Assembly (NCBI RefSeq): GCF_964194025.1
Contig: NC_134472.1
Span: 30,814,001 to 30,878,000 of the forward strand
Source of the DNA: Convolutriloba macropyga
Lineage: Eukaryota
Length of the DNA stretch: 64,000 bases
Reading direction: 5' to 3'
The notes beneath the pieces were generated by a model. That model ran no database searches and was not told the DNA's origin. It saw only the letters and a list, made by a program, of their open reading frames with translations. Every line of letters begins with the position of its first letter. The first letter of the stretch is position 1. The position numbers were made by a program, and so were the translations under genes. Positions 54,601 to 64,000 of this stretch are shown piece by piece.

Positions 54601-55734
54601 ACATTGGAAAAATTACCACCGTGAAACAAAACCCCCCACCTTTTGTAATTAACATTTGAGAACCGCTGCAACCAGAGAAACAATTTTTGTTTTCTAGCAA
54701 ACAATCAATGACTGAGTCACAACGTCTTAGAACCGGAGCATGAATTTCGGAACCAATCATTTGAACCAATCGGAACCAATGGAAATAAAAAATAGCCAGA
54801 TCTGACCAGGAATCAATACTGACAAAATCAATACTGACAAATCTCAATACAATCAGAATCGAAATTAAAAAACATGAGCATCGGTAAAAACTATTATACC
54901 ATTTTAGAATATTAATATTGCTAAAACAATCATACAGAATCAACGTAATCAACTGTTTGAACACTAAAGATAAAGCCCAAAACCGACACCAAAAAGGACA
55001 GGATTTTAAGCATTAATTCTGTGTAAGCTTAACTTCTGGTAAAAATTTGACCTTTTTAATTTGTCATACGCCAAGTATCTTCGCTTATTTTTGTGCTTAG
55101 TGTTCAATAATTAATTCAATATTAAGTTCAATAGTTATTAGATAAAGTTGCGGTCTATCAAAAAATTTGAAAAAATTGATAACTCAACTTAATTTTTTGT
55201 ACCTTAGGCCATATAACGTTTCATAATCTGTCCATACCTATGGGTCGCTTATCTATACAGAACAATTGTTCTCGCTCGCTTCATGTTGCATTGATGTGAA
55301 ACTTTTTACATTCCGCGCTTCTCTTGCCATTTTACATCGGTAAAATAAAGCGGGCGCTAAGAAATTTAAAATTTTGCTAAACAAGTCCGTGAATTGTGAT
55401 AACACGAAAAAAAAAATATCGAAGTTAGAAATTGAGCGGTGAATTTCTGTAGTGCGGATTATGGCAGTACTAATAATTTTCCATTCAAAGCATTATACAG
55501 GAGTTTCTACAATTCACCGCGTCAACCACGATTCTTGGATAGCTTTACAAGTTCTAAATAAGTACTCAAAATTATTTTAGGCGTTCATTTTTGTCTAAAT
55601 ACTCGAAAACATTTTAGGCGTTCATTTTTCTACTCAACTCCTTGACAGTTCAATTTTTATCCAAATCTTAAAGAAATAATCGATGACTTCTCAAATATGT
55701 AATGTCTATCAGATTAGCGAAACAATCAGTTGCG

Positions 55735-56060
55735 GAAAACCCACGGGGAAAAAAACACTTCTTTTTAGATAGGAAATAAACCCCCAAGGAAATAGACCCC
55801 CGCAGAAAACCCCCCACTTTACTATTAAATAGCTGCGCATTTAGCGCGTTTGGCCATGCCTCGCGGGCCATGGCCATGCCTCACCGGTCCGTGGGACTTG
55901 ATATGAAACTATCACAACTGAACAAATTATCACGACCGGAATTCAATTTTATTATCATAAGCAAATCTTGTGTTCCAAGAAATAAATCATGTCGTTTCAA
56001 ATGTTTTATAACTTCAAGACAAACCAAAACCGTTGAGTTTTCCGGTGGTTTCATTGGCGC
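55735..56060. mobile_element. MITE-like element sharing its core with 14176-14250
   Basis: 55849-55923 is the reverse complement of 14176-14250 (about 9 mismatches in 75 nt). Its arms are made of ggaaa..cccc repeats. Confidence 0.55.
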
Positions 56061-57165
56061 TGCTTTTCTACTTTTACAATTTAACCCTGTGCTTCAGGTA
56101 AAAAAAATAGGCTTATTGGCAAAAATTCTGCAGTGTTTTGTCAAAAATTAAAGAAATCTGCAAATATATTTGTCTTTATTTTTTAATCAACAACCATCAT
56201 GTTAGCCTACTTGATACACGCAACATGAATCTTTGATTTGAAGATTTCCGAGGCATAATATGTGAACAAAACAGCTACATGCACTTTTAAATAAATAATG
56301 AGGTGCGAAAAACAGAATTGCTGTTTATTTTAACATGAATAATAATTTACCAGGAAAACATTTTTAGTGAAGTAGACCTTTTGTGTTTGTTCAGTGCAAG
56401 TAGCGCCAGTGTAGTCCCTCTTATGGGGGTCTTGAAATATTTTCTTGTTCAAGAGAACACTGATTGCCGCTGTTTCACATACCAGTGCAAACTCAGTTTG
56501 TGATCTATTATTCTAGCATCGCGTAATTTTTGTGCTACGAACATTAGCAAATTCAAGTAACAATAAAGCGCGAGATACAGAAGGTACTTTTTCAAGTGAA
56601 TTCAAGTAAAATTTTATTTGAAGGGAGTAATATGAGTAAGGGGGTGCTGTAAAAGTAATCATTGGGGAAATTCACTGGCCGTTTCAGATCACGAAACTTG
56701 TCAAATTGTCCTGTAAAGAATGCAGGATTTGTATATCATGTATTATATTTTATTGTAAAGATGTTTCTTTTTATTTCATCTCAAAAACTCTGAACACCTC
56801 TCCGATTCTGTCGACCCTATTAATGCTTGAACATCTGATGAAACTCTTAATTTTCTGGTAATCAAGCGAATGAGCAGTTTTAACTGCACGTTTTTTATAG
56901 GGTACATCTTTATTTTACCAAAGGAAAAACAATCTTTCATCGGCTTGGCGATTAATAATAATTAGCGCAGCAAAACTGCTATTAGCGCAAAAGCATATTC
57001 AATTTTTGCTTGTGATTATTACGGCTTTAAGTTTTGCCGAAATTTATTTTAGAATTGGAGGAACGAAAATGATGCATTGCGCTTAATAAATTGCTCGTAG
57101 AAGGGTTACGAGGTGGCGTTCATTACTTTCGATGCAAAAAAGTGAAGTAGCAAAATTATACGAAC

Positions 57166-57337
57166 TAAATTGGTGTTTTCTGAAGAGTTGAAAGTAGAAG
57201 GCACGCTGTCTAACTCAGGGTTGGGACCACTTAAGAAGGGCGTCTCCACAAACAGCATGCAAAAGTCACCTCTCTTCAGAATAGTTCCACCCTTCATTAG
57301 TTGGATTTGCAGACAAGACCGAAACACCGAAGCTTGT
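57166..57337 (-). CDS. NABP: SOSS complex subunit B (hSSB1/2-like) exon
   Basis: ttttAG acceptor, QASVFRSCLQIQLMKGGTILKRGDFCMLFVETPFLSGPNPE (compare [41 protein letters not shown]), GTTCGT donor. Confidence 0.88.
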
Positions 57338-57605
57338 CTAAAATGATGGAAAAATGCATAAACTTTTTTAAGAAAAATTTTATATGCAGGCTTTGAGGTT
57401 TAAAAATGTGTGCTGTGAATCTTTCAGAACTTATTCCCAACTTAAAGTTGAATGTATTTACCCTTAGCAAAATAGCTCCAAGTTACCTTAGTTGGTTAGT
57501 AACTCGAAAACTAACTTATCTTGTACAAGATCCCCAAAACTTAGAATATAATAGTATAATCAAGTGAACTGATATAATATTCCCCAACTAATAAAGAGAA
57601 CTAAC

Positions 57606-57744
57606 GCTTTTTGTAAGAAAATAATGTCGCCGCCATTGACTGTTGCACCCTGATCGTCCCACAAACTTAGTGTCATTGAGCCTGACCTGTCAGCTACCTT
57701 GAAACTCTTGATTAGGTTGCCTTCTTTTGTTGTGATTGACTGTT
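57606..57744 (-). CDS. NABP: SOSS complex subunit B OB-fold exon
   Basis: catttAG acceptor, TTKEGNLIKSFKVADRSGSMTLSLWDDQGATVNGGDIIFLQKA (compare [35 protein letters not shown]), GTTAGT donor. Phases 1 and 2 fit the next exon. Confidence 0.92.
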
Positions 57745-59159
57745 CTAAATGGATCAAAGTAACCCAGTCTACCCCCCTTACTTAGTTGATTTTTGCAAAG
57801 GAAGATAGTTGTATTGCTTTTTGTATAAAATACGAAACAATCAATTAGATTTAATTTTAGAGCAAGCAATAGGATTGCCTCTCAATACTCCATGAAATCT
57901 TATTATAGGCCGGCTTTAAATTCACTGACCAGTCAAGAAACTTCCGTAAATAGTGAGCTATGCGAATACTCGTAACTGCATTTGCTGCAATTAAGGTTTT
58001 AATGTTTAGCTGTTTAACTTCTGCGAATTCAGCAAATTCAGGTTTTTGTTATCAATTAGTGAAAATGAAATCCTTAAATAAACCATATCCTGAACTTTAA
58101 AGTTCGCTGGCAATTCGACATATGGTCTGTGGACCATATCCTAAAGCTGACGAGGCCTTCCCGGTAACAATCTAGTCATTAGTGTGCTCTTAACTGCTTT
58201 TATGTAGTTCTTTTGAAAGCGAGCTAACTACTATGTACGAAGTCTCTCTTTGTAGTGCTTAGCTTCAACCAATTAACAATTGTTGGCAGTTATCTTCCCA
58301 CCCCCCTCCAATAAAAAAAACAATGAAGACTTCTAAAATATTGTTCTTGACCCCCTCCCCATTTCTTTTATCGGACCGTGCACGCTCCTTCTGGATCAAT
58401 TATTTCAGCCCCCCCCCCCCCCCCCCCCCCCCCTCCTTTAAGCCCCCCAAATAAATTTGTTATAGCACATTACTTTGTTAACTTGCATGCCACTATGCTC
58501 GCGCGGGGGGGGGGGGGGGGGGGGCGAACGGCGAACAGTTCCTCTATTTCAAAAATAGGATCTTTTCAACAATTGCCCCCCCTTTTGCAAAAGGGGGGGC
58601 TATTCTTGAATAAATTTAAGCGAGCTATTTATTAACCAATCAGAGACGNNNNNNNNNNNNNNNNNNNNNNNNNNNNNNNNNNNNNNNNNNNNNNNNNNNN
58701 NNNNNNNNNNNNNNNNNNNNNNNNNNNNNNNNNNNNNNNNNNNNNNNNNNNNNNNNNNNNNNNNNNNNNNNNNNNNNNNNNNNNNNNNNNNNNNNNNNNN
58801 NNNNNNNNNNNNNNNNNNNNNNNNNNNNNNNNNNNNNNNNNNNNNNNNCTGGGGTGTGCAAATAACATACGCCCACTACCCACTAAGCGGGGGGCACAAA
58901 CGGAAAAGATCCTCAATATCTTCAGCGTGTTGTCTGGCGTCGTCTTATCGCCAGTCGACTCTTCAAATAAGGTTAGACGATGCACTAGTCTACATGTCTC
59001 ATAGTTTGCATAACAGTTTAGCTCGACCACCTGGGTTTTTAAAATTACACCACCTTGCCTGTTCCACGCCTTTACGCGACTTTCATTCGTATTAAGGGTA
59101 CAATCTGAAAACCATAGTCGCGTTGTTAAAGACAGCTGGGTTTTCGGCTGATTTGCCTT

Positions 59160-59425
59160 AAATTTAAGAAAATGTTGGGACTATTTTCAAAATAAAGGTG
59201 GCTTCTAACGAATGGAGTGTTTACATATTTAAATTCCTTTGGGACTCAAAAGACGTATTCTGTCATTCATGTGGGACTGTCTGATGTTGAACTTCAACGA
59301 AAGAGTAGTGTGTACATGGACCATTTTCTGTGATTGCTCCGATTGCAGAAAATAGTGGAACCAAGGCCAAAACTTCTATGGGAGCAATCCCCTCGGCTTG
59401 ATGCCAAAAAGTCACAACAACAACA
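59160..59425 (+). mobile_element. 3' remnant of a CR1/L2-like LINE
   Basis: PLGLKRRILSFMWD..CTWTIFCDCSDCR C-terminal Cys motif, followed by a short (CAA)n tail. Confidence 0.55.
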
Positions 59426-59580
59426 TGTTATTTTTTTACTCAAATGCGCTCTAATTGAAGTGAGCCTTTTCTACGCCATGGAATGGTATCATTTTTTTCA
59501 GAATTACGTGTGATTTACACAGTGACCGAGATGTGATAGCTCTTATATGATAAAAGTTTATATGCAGACATTGATAAGGG

Positions 59581-60484
59581 ATGGCGAGCATAGCTCTTTG
59601 TGAGGCGGAAAAACTGTTTTTACTTCATGGAGTTGAGCAAGATTGTCGTAATGATGGACGATCATGCCTGCAATGTCGCGAATTCAGAGTGCGCTCTGGT
59701 TTAGTTTCGACTGCCAATGGATCTGCCAGTGTAAAGATTGAAGGTCAGACAGATGTTTTAGTGGGAATCAAGGCCGAACTTGACACCCCAGATCTTGACC
59801 GGCCTAAGCAGGGGAAGATTGACTTCTTTATAGACTGCTCTGCGCTTTGCGAGTCCACGTTTCGAAGGTCGAGAAGGTAAAGAACTTGGAGTTGAGATTT
59901 ACAACGCGCTGAAAAGCGTATATTGCGAAGGAGCAGCTGCAATATCCAATTTGAACAGTCTTTGTATTCTTCCCTCCAAACACTGCTGGTTGCTTAATAT
60001 TGACATTGTTATTCTGGATTGTTCTGCTGGTTCTTTGTATGACGTCATTTCCCTAGCAGTTAAAGCTGCTCTTCATGATACAAAAATTCCTGCAGTTGAA
60101 GTTGACAGTGAAAGTGGTGAAATTCATGTTGAAAGTGAGACGTGGCAATGTTTGGACAGCGAAGGCTGGTTTAACTGGGAATCATGTCCGTTGCTCATAA
60201 CCATATCAAAATTGGGATCAGCGCCTATGCAATCGTTATCACACGGATTGATCGTTGACGCGACTCTTCAAGAAGAAGCATGTGCGACGTCGAGCATTAT
60301 TGTGGGCGTCGACGCTGCTGGAAAAATGTCAGGTTGTCGGAAATGTGGAACGCATAGTCTGTCTTTTTCGACATTTTCCGCAATGCTTCAGATTGCAGTA
60401 CAGATTGCAACTGAATTGCACCAATCTCTTAAACAGCAACTAGCTGACGAGGCGGAACAGGCTTCTTGGTTGCAAGATGCATGA
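59581..60484 (+). CDS. EXOSC7: Exosome complex component RRP42; CDS without introns, one extra T at 59846-59848
   Basis: LCEAEKLFLLHGVEQDCRNDGR..GSASVK..TDVLVGIKAE..FFIDCSA. Removing one T restores LASPRFEGREGKELG and gives a 300-aa RNase PH protein (LCILPSKHCWLLNIDIVIL..DATLQEE). Confidence 0.93.
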
Positions 60485-60673
60485 ATAGTTGCATTCATTT
60501 ATCTGACTTGGTTTTGTGTTCTATCAATGTATCTTGTTACGAACCGGCCTACATTTCATTGCTTTTTGTGATATTTAAGTAGTGCAATTTAAATGTACGA
60601 TAATTAAATGGCGTACCAGCATACTGCGCATCAGCGTTTTGCATGATCTTTTCCAGATATTTTGTGTTTTCAG

Positions 60674-60810
60674 ATGGTTAATGGAGATTAATTTATGGCA
60701 AGAGAGAGCTCTGAATGCAACTACAGAGCCAGTGAAATGCTTCTGTGATCCAAAGACATGTGACAATATTGGGTGGTGTTTGGCAGCAGAGCAGTGCTAT
60801 TCAGCTGTTG
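60674..60810 (+). CDS. Exon of a TGF-beta/BMP type I receptor (ALK1/2-like) extracellular domain
   Basis: tgttttcAG acceptor and GTGAGT donor. VKCFCDPKTCDNIGWCLAAEQCYSAV matches the ACVR1-type Cys spacing ([23 protein letters not shown]). Confidence 0.65.
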
Positions 60811-63800
60811 GTGAGTTAATTTTCCCTTGATCCTTGCAGCTGAAGCTTGGTGTTCATATTATTTGCAATCCTTTGCTCAAATGGCTACTGAATTCATATA
60901 TGCAGAGATCTGGAATAGCCAGAGAATTGGAGGAAAAAATTTTGAAGCAAGCTAGAACAAGCTATTCAGTTCAAACGGAATATTTCTGCTCCATAGATAA
61001 GATTTTGTGAATTCGAAAAATGTCTACGAAGGGTTCAGTCAAAGACTTCGTGAAACGCCTTTCAACCAGAAAATTGCCAACGTGCACAAAATATCGAGTT
61101 AACCTAAAAATATCATTTTGTAAACAATCCTAATTAAGTGATCTTGGACCGAGTTTTAAGCAATAGCTGATGTCTTGCTGCTAGTACAATTTTTACCCTT
61201 TTGAACGATTTGATTTCTTGCCATCTAGTCAGGGTGACCTAGTTTAGTTTTATATTGACAAAGATAAAGGGGGCAAGCAAGATTGCATAGTCATGGTAGG
61301 TACAAAATCACTCCTATAATTTAAAATGCCAATGCGGAGATCTTACGTAGTTTTCGGGCAATTTGGTGCTAAATGAGGAAATATGAAGGCAAAAACTAAT
61401 GTGACATGTGCTCCAAGTGCAATGCACTAAATGGTGTTATTGCGAGCAGATGTTAGAGTGTTTGTTGATCTGTTGTTTATGGATATTTAGTTCTGTAATT
61501 ATATTCAGAAAGAGAATTTATAAACGTGGGAAAGGACAATTGTATTTCAGATGTTGTGTGAAGCTGCTAAGATATTATTTGCTTCCAAAAGCAATTATTT
61601 GGATCCTGTTGCTCTTATGCAATCTTTGATGGTATCAGTTTTTCGTCTGGCTTAAATACTTTTGGACATCAGAAACGGATAAACTGTTGAAGCCCGATGC
61701 GATTAAGTAGGAGGCGGAAGTTTATATTATGGAGTGGGATTTTTGGAGACATTGACGTGCATCCATAGATACTTTTTACGCTCAGTCCCTCAACAACATT
61801 GCTCGCCATTAATCAGATCTTTCTAGCTTTAAGTTTGGGATAGTATATTATTAGGGCTGGGCTGACTTGACGTCTTTTTCGTTTTTGGTTACATTTTTCG
61901 GAAGCTTCGATGTTTAATTGCTCTTGAACGAAGTTCATAGCAATTATTGTAAACGTGTTGGTCTTTTTTATGCAAAATTTTTGCTTGACCGTGTTGACTT
62001 TTCGAGTGACTTTTAGCCCTTTACTTTTTGCGTTTCGCGTGATCTAAAATTCTCTCTCAATCACAATTTCAGGCAGCTGAACTAATTGGCGGCATTTTGA
62101 TACTAAAAGTCAAATGAAAAGTGCGCCGAAACTATTGCCATTTTTCATTTTAAATCCTAATAGTGCTATATGATAACCTCTAATGTGGTTATTTGAAGCC
62201 CACTATTGAATTTCTTAGTCCCATTTAGGCTCCCCACTGAAGCAGGCTGCTATTGATTAGCCTTTGATCACCAGTCGATCAAGAGCAATTCTTCCGTTTA
62301 GCCGGTTATGTTTTTATGTTGACTTGAATCGAAATGTTTGCTAATGTTTGTTGTGGTGTTCATTTCTCGGCATAGCGCTCACTTCAAAGTAGCTGGAAAA
62401 GTTGGTGTATATCGCCGCGCTTGAATTTTCAAATTTAAGATCTAACTTTCAGTTTTTCAGTAGCTTTTTCTGCCAAATGTTTTTATATGTTTGATAGTTG
62501 TTTTGTAAGGGATGGTATTCTGTTGGCAAAAGTGGTAGCTCAAAAAATTTTTGAGCTTAGTTGTGGAGGTCAATTAGTTGTTTGTTATAATTTTTTGTTA
62601 GGATCAATAGAAGTTCTGTAGGATTCTTTTTACTCTCCTCATCGAAGTGCTGGGAAGTAATAATTTGAGCAAATTTGATTAGGTTTTTGATCCTTTTTTA
62701 AAACGGAAAACCTCTTATTTGAGCTATATTTTCATTACTTCTAGCGAAAATCTTTATATGAGGAATTGTCTTCTTGATTTTGAGGAACTTTCTTGCAGTA
62801 TGAATTGTGTATCAAGATCAAGGTTGCCGTTAATAGCGTGGTAAGATTTTTGATGCTTTTGTATTCTCTCAGAGTTGTTTTTTTGGTCAAGTTCTCAGGG
62901 CTGCAAAAGTTCGTGCTACGCTTAGTGTTTAATTCGTTAATCTGTATATCATGGCCATAAAATGTTAACTTTAACTTATATTGTTTTGTCAGAAAAATGT
63001 TTGTGAATCATATGTTTGTTGTAGTTTGGTTTTAGTTATTGCCCAGAGTTTTCGTTAGTTCGAGTCGTTTTCGGAAGTTGTCCGGCTATGTTCTTTATTT
63101 CAAGGTTTTTGTTACGACCTTTTATGATGTCAAATCTCCTTCTTGTTAATTCGAGCAATTTTGACTGAATTGCGTGCGTGACGTCATTTTTCTCTCTTAA
63201 TGGGACGAGATTTTTGTTTATTCGCGTGATTAAGTTTATGGTTACACTTGACTTAGCTCAATCTCAAAGATTACTTTCGTCACTTTCGAAATGACTATCC
63301 TTACTTTTATTCAAAGAGATAAGGTCAACTGTGTATGTCACTCTAATTGAAGGTTATTTGATGCATCAACATGTAATACAGATTCCTAATTAAATATAAC
63401 ATCTGCTTATCTATTTATAAACATGCTTTTAATGCCAACTGCTAATTTGCAATCTGTTTTGAACGAAAAAATCAAAGAGAATAAATGGGGTTTGGTTGCA
63501 TGAATTTTTTGGCACATTGGGTATTTTGACGAGGCTAAATTGTCATGAAACCTTGCCAAATGGAATAACTAAGTGAATCTTTCATTGCGCTCAACTTAAC
63601 ATGTCAGTTTACTCTCCCTTATTGAAAATTGATTAGCACCATTCTACTCATCATCGGAGTGATTTTGAATTTTTAATCTAAACGTTTTCCAAATTCTGTA
63701 CCTATTAGAAAGCCAGAGAGTTTGAACATATCCAAATCAAAAGCTGCAAACCTCCAGGGTACGTCTTATTGAAGTTATTGAAATCTTCTTAAATTAGTCC

Positions 63801-64000
63801 ATCGTGCAATAGAGAGTTCGTAGACACAGAGATTAAATATTAATTCCTGCATTAAAATGCGGCAAAGTCTACAAAGAATCGAAATGATAGCTGGTAGATT
63901 AGTGTGTTGAGCTCTATAAATTAGTAATTTAATTTAAAAAAATATCTAACTAGCTTGCTTTCTGCTTCGACTGTGCATGAAATGTCAGTCAACATTGACA

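Noticed and set aside
57880-57940. LVSEFKAGL / NLKPAYNKI as NABP exon 1
   Set aside because: No in-frame ATG, a stop in one frame, and no convincing phase-1 donor.
58378-58635. Poly-Pro/poly-Gly ORF
   Set aside because: Translation of C and G homopolymer tracts.
62100-63200. Faint RT-like words on the minus strand (NISKHFDS, SGEPK)
   Set aside because: Too degraded to support a feature call; possibly an old LINE remnant.

Overview
AT-rich, intron-containing animal (probably invertebrate) genomic DNA dominated by repeats. The irregular N runs look like hard-masked simple repeats. (1) An 11.1-kb decayed Ty3/Gypsy LTR element (2743-13876, +) has gag, pol and a third ORF encoding a class-I-fusion-type envelope protein, of which ~1.2 kb is tandemly duplicated. 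(2) This element appears to lie in an intron of a minus-strand NIDO/nidogen-like secreted protein gene. That gene's first coding exon and upstream region are tandemly triplicated (16017-23953), each copy carrying a 26-bp VNTR made of D-box plus TACGTG motifs. (3) A ~2-kb tandem array carries a LINE insertion in one unit. (4) A minus-strand SOSS-B/NABP (hSSB) gene has OB-fold exons at 57.2-57.7 kb and a probable N/Q-rich last exon at 38.5-39.2 kb. The interval between them holds a tandem duplication, a Helitron-like polypurine element and a near full-length CR1-type LINE. (5) An EXOSC7/Rrp42 CDS without introns has one +1 frameshift and is followed 190 bp later by an ALK1/2-like TGF-beta type I receptor exon. 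All calls come from reading the sequence by eye; no searches were run.
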